A stretch of DNA of 63,454 bases, counting the filler, from Craspedostauros australis (taxonomy: Eukaryota): the NCBI GenBank assembly GCA_030167865.1. It is 10 parts of 10 records of this genome, joined end to end, with 100 filler letters (N's around TTAATTAATTAA, not from the genome) between each part and the next. Parts side by side here need not be neighbours in the genome. Positions count along the whole stretch, not along the records: positions 35,977 to 45,924 come from JALAGF010006246.1; positions 46,025 to 49,738 come from JALAGF010006247.1; 8 more parts are not named here. One strand, written 5' to 3'. The notes below the pieces were generated by a model that saw only the letters and a program-made list of their open reading frames with translations, searched no databases and was not told where the DNA came from. Positions 37,415-46,940 of this stretch are shown in pieces. A program made the translations under genes and the position numbers. Within the stretch, counting starts at the first letter, position 1; the number at the start of each line of letters is the position of its first letter.

Positions 37415-40400
37415 TCAGGCCAGATGCGAAGGCAGCACTTCGTCCGACTGAGCTGTTGGTGCAACATCCGTGATGCCATCCCCAACGCCCACCAACAGAT
37501 GCTGGGGTCCGTGCTCCATGAGCCGCGCAGCATCATCCAGGACGGGCTCCCTCACCGCTCCCATCACGCCGCATTTCTGGTGCAGCACGCCGCTCACATA
37601 CGACCGCACCAAGGTCAAGTGCGCAAACGTATCGTGATGACCCGAGATGACGGACTCGTCGATGACGCATCCATCCGCGATGGTGATGTGCGTCGGCTCG
37701 TAGGCGCGGCAGGCGAAGTAGAGCAGGCGTCCCTCGACCTTGATACCCTGAAAGCGCAGGACGCCGTTCATCATGGGCGTTCCGGATAGCACCCAGGTGA
37801 ACGACCAGACAGAGACTGACCAGCAGAACGACTGGTACACCATGTACAGAGCGAGGCACCACGGCGTCGTCCGCTTGTCGGTTCCAAGGAACGTGATGCA
37901 TTCCAGGATGCGCAGCAGCACGGTCCACACCGCGGACTGNACGATGATGCATGCCACGACGGCTGGAACTGCATCGGANGGCGTCTGCGGCTTGATCAGN
38001 CTCATCCATAGTTCGTAGGCTGGGATGAAGCTGCCTGCTACCACCACGAGCATGATGCCGTACAGCAGCGTATTCGTCGCCATGAGTATCACATGCTCAC
38101 AGAGTGACAAGGGCATGTTGCGCGGATGGCGCTCCGACCGCACCACATTCTCCGTGATGTGCGTTTGTGGCGGCACCACCGAGTTTCGGATCTCCACACC
38201 TGGTTCGGCAACGGTCATGATGCCGATGCTGCTGTCTTCGACGGTGATCTTGGCATACTCGTTGCCATCCTTCACGCACGGGTTGAAGACGGAGATGAAG
38301 GACCGTCTCACGGAGACGAGGTCCACCTTGGACGGGAAGAATTTCTCTGCGAACACCTTGGATGTCAAATCAATGTCCATGCCAAGAGCCATAAGGATGA
38401 GATTCCAGATGATGGAGTTGAATGTCAGTCCGTAGAGGATGAAGCACCCAAGCGTGAAATGAAAGTCACATGCCCAGTCCGCAAACTGCGAAATGACACT
38501 CGTGCTTGCTTTTCCGGGCCGCTTCTTCCCGATGAGCACCCATTTGAAGAGGATGCTTGACACGAGGAGGAAAGAAGATGTGAGCCCAAATAGCACAATC
38601 CAGTATTGCAACTTGGAGTATCGCCAGATTGGGAGCTCATCGCGGACGAGAATGTCGATGGTCAGAAAGCAAGTGAATGCAAAGTACAGCTCGATGAGCA
38701 GCCAGATAATCTTCATGGCGCCCAGTGCGATCCATTGGGAGTCGTTACTCGGTCCTGCGGCATCTATGGTGCCGCCGTCCTCACCCTGTGGATTGTCGTC
38801 ACTGTTCCGTGGATCCGTCACAGGAACGTTGACATCGATAAACCCAGGATTCCCTTTGATCACAGTGTTGGGAGGTGCTTGCGCACCTTCGACCAGCACT
38901 GCGAGGTTGCACACATGGCAGGAAGATCCAACCTTCGCGCCGGGGCACAGAGTGCCGTTGACCGTCGCATTGGCTCCGATTTGGATCTTGCGGAACCTCA
39001 TGCTGGGGCCCAGCACGCCGTCTTCCCAAGCGCCGAACATGCGGCACCGGATGGCTTGGGTCGCTTTGGCATGGGCACCCATCGTCACGAGATCAAACTC
39101 TCGGATGCATGAGTCGATACGCGACGATCGATGAACGTTGGCGCCCATGAGGTAGCAGAATACTGTCATGAGCGGCGTTCCCAGGACGAAGCGGCCAACG
39201 AAAAGTTCCCACAAGTGCATCAGCCGATCTACGAACCACCATCGAAGGAAATAGATGCTTGTTTGGTGGATACGTCCCTCTCGATATCTGCCGATGACAA
39301 TCCATTTTGCGAGAACAACCTCGATGGTGAGTGTGAGGGACCAGAATGGGATGACGAGTGGATACCACACCCAAAGGTACGGGGAGAAATCGATGAAGAA
39401 GAGCACATGGGTGCGGTTGTCGTTGACCAGCACCCTGCCGATCTCAAATGCAGGAATGATGGGCAACGCGAAGATGAATAGGACGGCGAGCGCGCCGATG
39501 GCCTGGATGAAAGCGATGGTCGGTTGTGACAGAGACTTCTCGTTTCGCACTGTCTGGATCCTTTTGAGCGTCGGGAGGTTGGTCGGAAGTGGCTGCCCGA
39601 TGGATGCTTCGAGGTAGGTCTTGAGATCAAGAACCGACGGAAACATCTCGAAGCAGTTGGGGGGAATGACGGTGTTGTATCGCCGTGCGAGGGACTGCCG
39701 AAGCTCGAGCTCCATCATGGAGGAGAGTCCGACATCTTTCCATTTGTCTTCGGTCTTGACTTGTGACCCAGTGACGTCCTTCACGATCTCGTTGAAGTCC
39801 ATATCTTTGATGTCGAGGTCTTGGATACAGGACTTTCGCAACGAAAGACGCTTCGATTGAGATGCCAGGTCGCCATCGCGTACGCTGAAGAAATTAGACG
39901 TTCCGATCACGTCCAGCACCATCTTCTGAGTTCCATCATGAAGACGTTCGCGGTTGCGTCTTCGTTGAATCTTCCCGCTAGTCGTCTTGGAGATGGTGCG
40001 CTCTTCCACAGCCGTTACGGTTGCCGGTGTCAACCCAATCTCTTCCATCACAGCACGCTTGATCTCGTTGCAGACCGCTGCTGCTTCCTTGGCATGAGAC
40101 GATCGAATCTCGAACACGATTTCCAACCGCCCGTCGTTGCCTGATTCGTCTGATGAGAATGCCGCTACGCAGCCTGGACGGACAGCGGGCGATGCCTCTT
40201 CGACAGCATGTTCAATGTCCTGTGGGTAGTAGTTGACACCGTTAACAATGATGACGTCTTTCTTGCGTCCACAGATGTAGAGGTAGTCATCTTGGTAGAA
40301 GCCGTAGTCACCGGTTCGGAGGTATGTTTTGGCTGGAGCGCCGCTGTTGTCGCTGCTGCTACTTTTGCTCGTGTTTCTGTCTGTGCTGCTGCCGCTCGAC

Positions 40401-41998
40401 GTTGCGGTATCACCAGCCGGGTCGCCCTGCAACAACACTGCTCGGAATGTTTCCGAAGTGAGGCCAGGTTGGTTGTAGTAACCAGCTGCCATCGACGGCC
40501 CTGCGATCCACATCTCTCCCGTTGAATTGTCTGGCACTGGCTCACGTGTCTCTGGGTGCACGATGATGATATCAACGGAGTAGTGCAGAGTGTCGCGATG
40601 GGCGATGGCCACGAACGGATGGAGATCTTCGTCTTCACGGATGGATGATACCTGGAATCCTTGCTGATAGCTCACGCCAACCACGTTCTCCGCCAGGCCG
40701 TATCCAGCCATGAACCACTCCTTGCGCAAGCAGTGTGGACTGAATGCTGCGGAGAACAGTTCAGTCGTATCCAAGCGGATGGGCTCCGCAGCGTTTTGGA
40801 AACGGAACATGCTTGATAGATCGAGGTCGGGGATGGGATCCGAGCGATCGCCTCCTCGTGCCTTGGCCTCGTTGAACTTGCGAGTAACCAGTCTGTAGCC
40901 AAAGTCGGGAGCGACTGTGAAATGGCACTTGTGCTTGGAGATGAGATCCATCCAAAGCAATGGATTACGGATGAAGGAAACCGGTGACATCATGTGCGCA
41001 CGGAAAGCGCCCGCCAATGGAGCGATGGTCAGCTGGATCAGGCCCAGGTCGTGGTACTGTGGCAACCATGAAAATGTGGTGATGCGCTCGGGCAACTTAC
41101 TCATGTCACCCAAATCGTGTTCAAGGCACTCTAGCCAGCCACTGTGCAGCAGTTCAATGTTTGCTCTCAATGCATCGTGGGTGACCATCACACCCTTCGG
41201 GTTTCCCGTGCTTCCAGATGTGTATTGGAGGAAAGCAATGTCGGAGCCTTCAATGTTAGGTTCATCAAAGGATTTCATTGTCATTGTCGACNAAGAAGCC
41301 CACGAACGACTGGAGATGGCACGGGACAGAAAGCTCCTGCGCGGTCGTTTCGCACTGTTCTCGTGTCCGGCAAACGCATCATGGTAAATGATGCGATCGG
41401 TGACTTGAAACTTCACCCCGCTTGGCCACATGGCGCGGCTCTTCGATACTGGGTTGGCTCGATCGGCGGCACGGAGCATGGAGATGGTTGTCTGGGTGAG
41501 AATGAGGGCTGGCGAGCAATCCTCGACCACCTTGTTCATCTTGGCCAGTGACTTGACGAGCGGAGGTCCCGGAGGATAGACCAGCACGGCAGTCACGCCT
41601 GCGCGGAGACATCCCAAGAATACCGCGAAGAAATGGAGTCCGAAGTCGTAGCAGAGAACGACGCGGTCGCCCTTGTTGACGCCCCACTTGTTGCGAAGAA
41701 GGTGGGCGCACTGTCCAGCTTCATCCCAGATCTGTTGGAAGGTGTAGTTATTGACTGCCTTTCCCTTCTCATCGTACCAAGTGGAGAAGACGAGGTCGGA
41801 CTTGAGTTCGACGATGAACTTGAGATGGTCGACGAAAGACTTCTCCTTGATGGATTGGTGGATGATCTTGTGGCCGTTGCCCATGGTGGTATCGGAAATG
41901 TTGTTGGGCTCGGTGGCCTCAGTCTTCGAGCCTCCTTGCGGGGATGCTTGGGCTTGAAGGTCGATGGCTCTGTTTGTCATATCTTTGGTGTCGTCCAT
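37415..41998 (-). CDS. Multidomain FAAL - acyl carrier - membrane/left-handed beta-helix x3 protein (Pls/PosA NRPS-terminal-domain-like)
   Basis: FAAL motifs complete (QYTSGSTG, WLPQYHDLGLI, YGLAE, LRTGD, KTTSGKIQRR). Carrier motif DVGLSSMMELEL near 39720. Then TM pairs, AKWIVIGRYREG...YFLRWWFVDRL, LMGANV, DLVTMG, KIQIGANATV...GNPG, with two further degenerate copies (FKWVLIGKKRPG; LRFQGIKV...ITIADGCVID...ISGH). Confidence 0.88.
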   Translation of the reverse strand: MDDTKDMTNRAIDLQAQASPQGGSKTEATEPNNISDTTMGNGHKIIHQSIKEKSFVDHLKFIVELKSDLVFSTWYDEKGKAVNNYTFQQIWDEAGQCAHLLRNKWGVNKGDRVVLCYDFGLHFFAVFLGCLRAGVTAVLVYPPGPPLVKSLAKMNKVVEDCSPALILTQTTISMLRAADRANPVSKSRAMWPSGVKFQVTDRIIYHDAFAGHENSAKRPRRSFLSRAISSRSWASXSTMTMKSFDEPNIEGSDIAFLQYTSGSTGNPKGVMVTHDALRANIELLHSGWLECLEHDLGDMSKLPERITTFSWLPQYHDLGLIQLTIAPLAGAFRAHMMSPVSFIRNPLLWMDLISKHKCHFTVAPDFGYRLVTRKFNEAKARGGDRSDPIPDLDLSSMFRFQNAAEPIRLDTTELFSAAFSPHCLRKEWFMAGYGLAENVVGVSYQQGFQVSSIREDEDLHPFVAIAHRDTLHYSVDIIIVHPETREPVPDNSTGEMWIAGPSMAAGYYNQPGLTSETFRAVLLQGDPAGDTATSSGSSTDRNTSKSSSSDNSGAPAKTYLRTGDYGFYQDDYLYICGRKKDVIIVNGVNYYPQDIEHAVEEASPAVRPGCVAAFSSDESGNDGRLEIVFEIRSSHAKEAAAVCNEIKRAVMEEIGLTPATVTAVEERTISKTTSGKIQRRRNRERLHDGTQKMVLDVIGTSNFFSVRDGDLASQSKRLSLRKSCIQDLDIKDMDFNEIVKDVTGSQVKTEDKWKDVGLSSMMELELRQSLARRYNTVIPPNCFEMFPSVLDLKTYLEASIGQPLPTNLPTLKRIQTVRNEKSLSQPTIAFIQAIGALAVLFIFALPIIPAFEIGRVLVNDNRTHVLFFIDFSPYLWVWYPLVIPFWSLTLTIEVVLAKWIVIGRYREGRIHQTSIYFLRWWFVDRLMHLWELFVGRFVLGTPLMTVFCYLMGANVHRSSRIDSCIREFDLVTMGAHAKATQAIRCRMFGAWEDGVLGPSMRFRKIQIGANATVNGTLCPGAKVGSSCHVCNLAVLVEGAQAPPNTVIKGNPGFIDVNVPVTDPRNSDDNPQGEDGGTIDAAGPSNDSQWIALGAMKIIWLLIELYFAFTCFLTIDILVRDELPIWRYSKLQYWIVLFGLTSSFLLVSSILFKWVLIGKKRPGKASTSVISQFADWACDFHFTLGCFILYGLTFNSIIWNLILMALGMDIDLTSKVFAEKFFPSKVDLVSVRRSFISVFNPCVKDGNEYAKITVEDSSIGIMTVAEPGVEIRNSVVPPQTHITENVVRSERHPRNMPLSLCEHVILMATNTLLYGIMLVVVAGSFIPAYELWMXLIKPQTXSDAVPAVVACIIXQSAVWTVLLRILECITFLGTDKRTTPWCLALYMVYQSFCWSVSVWSFTWVLSGTPMMNGVLRFQGIKVEGRLLYFACRAYEPTHITIADGCVIDESVISGHHDTFAHLTLVRSYVSGVLHQKCGVMGAVREPVLDDAARLMEHGPQHLLVGVGDGITDVAPTAQSDEVLPSHLA

Positions 41999-42098
41999 GT
42001 TGGGTTATGGGAATGGTGATGATTATGATTATGGTGATGAAGTGAGAGGCCTGTCTTTGGCTTTGGCGTTGGCCCGGAGCTGAATCGAAATTGTGCGC

Positions 42099-42195
42099 TC
42101 ACATGGTGCTGACAGGCACTGGAAGGCTGAGGGACAAACAATCCACGGGTCGTCGTTTGTTCCTCAGTCTTTCCACACCTGCCAGCACCACGTGA
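42099..42195. other. Imperfect inverted repeat (arms of about 43 bp) upstream of the FAAL gene
   Basis: Left arm TCACATGGTGCTGACAGGCACTGGAAGGCTGAGGGACAAACAA vs reverse complement of right arm TCACGTGGTGCTGGCAGGTGTGGAAAGACTGAGGAACAAACGA. Confidence 0.8.
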
Positions 42196-42400
42196 TCTCA
42201 CCATTCGAAGAGACTCGGGCGTGCCATGTTGTTGGAACTACCTGGTTGTCCAACCTGTACCTGGGCTTTTTCGTAGTCTCAGACACAAGGTACTCCAGCG
42301 CCCTTGTGCGATGTCGCGGAGACTTCATTCGTCACTGGTTATCTTGGCGCATGTGTTTGGAATTGACGGTGATGTCGGTGATGACTGCACGCGCGTCAAG

Positions 42401-42976
42401 CCTGGGACACCCAATAATTTGTCCAGAATTTGTGTGTTGACATCTTTTCTAGTCTTGCGGGACTGGAAAAGGACAGAACCACAGTATCGATCAAGTTTGT
42501 CATTATTTTCTTCTAAGTCGACCATTTGAGAAAAAATTCAGCAATGGCGAGCATTGACTTAACGGACTCTATCGGACAAATCCGGACAGTCCATGACAAA
42601 TCCGGACAAATCCGGACAAATCTGGACAAATCCGGACAGATCCGGACAAATCTGGACATCTCCGACTACATGGAATCATAGTTGTACCCGGTTAGTGTGG
42701 ATGCTTGTCCGGATCTGTCCGGATCTGTCCGGATTTGTCCGGATCTGTCCGGATTTGTCATGGACTGTCCGGATTTGTCCTCATGTTCGATTATGTCCGA
42801 TAATATAATGTCCGTTAATGGAAATTGCGCATTTCAAGGAATTTCTCGCTTAGTTGTCTTGTTTGAATGAATAATACACAATTCGATCATCGCACTGATT
42901 TTCTCTTGATTTAGTCCCGCAAGACTCCAGAACATGTAATTTTCGGAATTCAGGACAAATTATTGGGTGTCCCTGG
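42401..42976. mobile_element. Non-autonomous foldback MITE, 576 bp, 5-bp TSD TCAAG
   Basis: TIR CCWGGGACACCCAATAATTTGTCCWGAATT (28/30 match); inner inverted AGTCTTGCGGGACT; TCAAG at 42396-42400 and 42977-42981; mirrored 10-bp TCCGGACAAA arrays. Confidence 0.9.
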
Positions 42977-43609
42977 TCAAGAGCTGGTATGTTGTGAAAG
43001 CCCAAGCGACTGTTCGTTCGTTCGTTCACGCTTTAGTCCGGATACTTATGGAACAGTGTGTCATTGATAACAAACTACTCTACTCTATGGTGCGCGCTGA
43101 GCGTTCTCGGTGATACATAAGGGCATAGTAGCACGTCGGCGAAGAGGATGACTGACACGTGTCTGGCACTCGAAAGCAACCGGTGTTTGCTTAAGGTGCA
43201 CGTGGACGAGAAACAATGTATTTTTTATCACCTTTGCATGCGTTGTGACGAATTGCGCCCCACGCAGACGCCAAAAGTACTCGGAGGCGCGAGCCAGCGT
43301 GCGCGACATGTACCAATAATCACGAGGTTGGCGGCCCTGTCGCAGGTCGACCGAGGAGAAGAGGGCTGTGCAGCCCGACCAGACAGAAGGATGATCTTCT
43401 CTTGCCATCATGTTACTCGATCTGTTTCTGTCCACCGGAACCCTGCATACGGTCTCATCTCGCTTCGCCTCGATACCGGATGTCACCGCTCTCCTCCACG
43501 GTTGCTATTCCTCTTCTGGAAGCACTGCTGTTCCATGCCTCAACAGTGTGCAAAGACGAGGCTCTAGCCTTCATTGGTCCAAGTAATTTGCATCGCTATT
43601 GAGACGAAG

Positions 43610-45295
43610 TTAACCTTGCAACCACCGCACACCTCCGTTCTCATCTCCTTCAGCAGTTGCGTTGCCAGCATCGTTCCTCCTCTCAGCCTCTGCCTTGCGT
43701 TTCCGTTGCTGTTGCCGCGGCAGGACGTGCTGGTCGAAGTTCTTCCTGCCTCGGTGGGCTTGCGACTGGACGGGCTTGTGCGGCACTGGAATCACCATCC
43801 CCGATGGTATCGAGTGGAGCCGGTAGTCGCCAAACGAAATGCGGATCAACCGCGTCACCGTCAAACCCAGGCTGGCCAACGCATTGCGGATTTGTCGATT
43901 CTTTCCCTCGCGACACGTAATCTGCATCCAGTTGTTCGTTCGGAACTTGAAGATGCCGTCTCTTCCGCGGGGCGGTGCTTCCAATTGGACCTTCATTGGG
44001 GCGTAGTACTGCTGTTCTGTTTGGTATCCATCGCCGCTAACATTCGGAACCTGCCAACGGAACATGCCGCCGCTGCGCAGCCGTTCCAGCTTCTGCGGCG
44101 TGATCCTCCCGTGGACCCGCACTCGGTAGGTGCGATGCAGCTGAGATGACGGCAGCTCCATCTCGCGTGCGTACTTGCCGCAGTTGGTGAGCAAAATCAA
44201 TCCCTCCGTCATCATGTCGAGTCGACCGATGGGCTTCAGCGTGACGTTCCGTCCACCCACTTCGTGCTGACCCAAGCCTCCGCGTTGCAAACGCTCCAGG
44301 AGGGTCGGTCGTCCGAGCGGATCGTGGTGGGCCACCAGCTCTCCCTTCGTCTTGTGTGCCGCCCATACTTTGGGGGTAGTACCGTCATCGCGGATACGGG
44401 CATCGGTACTGCCTGCACCGTCCAGAAGCACAGAGGCTGACGATGACGCCTGTGCCAGCTGCTGCTGTTTCGCGTGGTATCGTTCAATCAGCTCACCAAT
44501 GGAATCGGCGGATACTATCGTCCTGCCTTTCAGAGCCAGCGTGATTCTCGATGATGCATCATTGTGTTGTGATTCAATCATGCCCTGTTCCGTTTTATCC
44601 GCCGTGCCTGCATGGTCGTTCGCACTTGCACCCGATATAGCTGATTCCTCAACACCGCGAACATCTGGGAGAGCATCTCCGACGTCTTCCGTGATGGCTG
44701 GGGCACCAAATCGCACACCGGCATTCAAATCGTACTGTGGCGATGTGATGGTCCTGCCATTGACCGCCACATTCCCACGTCGGATCTGCAACTCCGCCTG
44801 CCTTCGGCTGAGGTTGCCATCGCCGGCAAGTCTGGATACAACCAGCGACAACCGCAACGGTAGGTCTCTCGCATCCTTTGCTTGATGTTGATCGGATGAA
44901 AACCATCGTTGTCTCCGTTTGTCCACGAACGGCGCTTCCACGATCTCCCTAACTTTGGCTTGAAATCCGTGACCAAGCCGGAAACTTGCTGTGCTGATGG
45001 AGCTGTGACGTAGTGTAGTGCTGTCCGATGCCAGAGGCGATGCTCTTTCTGGCAGCGCCGGCATTGCATAGAACGCTGCGATTCGATGGCTGGAGTACGT
45101 GCGACGGGGTCCGGTTGTGCAGAAGCGGCCTCCGACACCTTCACCGCCGTTTATACCAACGGCAAGGCATCGTGACCGAGGCCCCACGGCTCTCGCTGCC
45201 GAGATTGATGACAGCTTCCGCAGCACCACGGAGTTCAAGCCTTCGACCAACCGTGGCATGCATTGCCGGGAATGTGCATTGATAGCAAACATCAT
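43610..45295 (-). CDS. RsuA/RluB/RluF-family pseudouridine synthase with S4 domain and probable mitochondrial presequence
   Basis: S4 LRLS...SRRQAELQIRRGNVAVNG; HKTKG; HDPLGRPT; catalytic GRLDMMTEGLILLTN; RTYRVRV; EGKNRQIR; VTRLIRISFG. Confidence 0.93.
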   Translation of the reverse strand: MMFAINAHSRQCMPRLVEGLNSVVLRKLSSISAARAVGPRSRCLAVGINGGEGVGGRFCTTGPRRTYSSHRIAAFYAMPALPERASPLASDSTTLRHSSISTASFRLGHGFQAKVREIVEAPFVDKRRQRWFSSDQHQAKDARDLPLRLSLVVSRLAGDGNLSRRQAELQIRRGNVAVNGRTITSPQYDLNAGVRFGAPAITEDVGDALPDVRGVEESAISGASANDHAGTADKTEQGMIESQHNDASSRITLALKGRTIVSADSIGELIERYHAKQQQLAQASSSASVLLDGAGSTDARIRDDGTTPKVWAAHKTKGELVAHHDPLGRPTLLERLQRGGLGQHEVGGRNVTLKPIGRLDMMTEGLILLTNCGKYAREMELPSSQLHRTYRVRVHGRITPQKLERLRSGGMFRWQVPNVSGDGYQTEQQYYAPMKVQLEAPPRGRDGIFKFRTNNWMQITCREGKNRQIRNALASLGLTVTRLIRISFGDYRLHSIPSGMVIPVPHKPVQSQAHRGRKNFDQHVLPRQQQRKRKAEAERRNDAGNATAEGDENGGVRWLQG

Positions 45296-46109
45296 CAGAC
45301 CACGCTCTCATTGATCGTTACCGGATCTCCTCATCGATCATTCCGCAGCCTCCAGTGATCTTTTGTGCAAGAGTCCAACGTGTGTATCTGTGCGGCTACA
45401 AGCATGAGCAGCGTGGAGTGGAGTGGCATGATCTCTGTGTTGCTGTCTCTCCTTTCCTTGATGGGTGGATGTGGTTCTATGGTTGGAGACATCAAGTTGA
45501 CTTGCCAAACTTGATCCATGTAGTCGATCATCATCATTGTGTCACTCGATATACATGACTCAAAATTCAGCAACAATTCCTGTCACATTTTTCCGTTGGT
45601 CGAGAAAATTGGCACCATCACAAATTTCGCGACAAAGACACGAAGACATGGAAAGCGTGAGTGCACGAATTTGGCCCCACAAGAACCGATGAATTTGGCA
45701 AGGCGGGCACGCGCTTTGTCACTATCGGATGATGGCCATGATGAGGGTGTGACAGGCTCACATTTCAGAGCTGATCGTCGTTGGTTCGTGGGATTTTGAG
45801 CGACTGCGTTCAAGGTGCCGCGATGCCCTGCGATGCGGTGTGGAGGAACGTGATGCTTTCCCTGGATTGCAGCACATGCACCATACCATACGAGCAGGCA
45901 GAGATGTACCTCACTATTCCACCANNNNNNNNNNNNNNNNNNNNNNNNNNNNNNNNNNNNNNNNNNNNTTAATTAATTAANNNNNNNNNNNNNNNNNNNN
46001 NNNNNNNNNNNNNNNNNNNNNNNNCGCCCGGACAAGCCAACAGACAGACAGAAACTTGTGCGCGTGTCTGCGACGAAGCCCCCACAGAGATCACTCGGAG
46101 AGACACTCT

Positions 46110-46225
46110 CGATTCAGAATCAGAATGGAAAAATTCTGAAGTTCTGAAGTTCTGACTCGGTTCTGAATCCGTTCTGAAAGTCTGAATGCGTTCTGAATCG
46201 GAGCCAGATTCTGAATCAACCTGAA
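46110..46225. repeat. Cluster of short TTCTGAA motif repeats (about 10-bp spacing)
   Basis: About 8 copies of (T)TCTGA(A) plus inverted TCAGAA copies at 46114-46125. Confidence 0.65.
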
Positions 46226-46940
46226 ACACGCCAGCCGTGCTCAATGACAGAGAAACAGACCGACATGCGTAACGCTAATATAACGTCTATACAGATTCAA
46301 ACTATTGCTTCAGCACGAAGTTGGGTTACGCGGGACTCGATTGGAAACGTCATTGGGTTCTATGGGCTGTCTTTCCTTCGTATTTATCCACGACTAACAA
46401 GAGTACCGGACGGTGCAGTGCGGCTCACATTTCAAAGTCTCACAAAGGGACAGATTGAGAGGTGCGGTAATTTCTGGTTTTATGACTCTCGATCTCAAGC
46501 ACTATTGGGAGGTGCGGCAACCCAGTATTTCAAAACACCCGATTCCTGGCAAGTACCACACGTGGGTCGTGCATCTAACCTGTTGAGTCGATCGGGTCAA
46601 ACGCTCTGATGGAAAAGCCTCCTTGATTGATGATTCGTGATGGATCTTGTCAGTTGTGACGGACTTTTTAGGAGGATTGTGCGTGTCTGGTTGCGGAAGC
46701 GTAATGCGCTTCACGTGAGAGTGGAGAAAGAAATAAGTCCCAACGAGATTCAAAACCTCCAATTGCCCGTCATTGTCTTGTGCAACGACTTCAGACAACG
46801 CTGCGCAGACTCGTGACGAGATCGAGGATAGTCGTACGTCCACAACATCGCGAAGAGGCAGACACAAAGACCACCAACTGAAACCGGAACTGGCACCGCA
46901 AAGTGGACCTCAGCAAGCCTAATCTGCAATTTCAATACTC

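Noticed and set aside
42572..42781. CRISPR or iteron-like array and the PDLSG-repeat ORFs
   Set aside because: Contiguous 10-mers inside a MITE; the ORFs are by-products.
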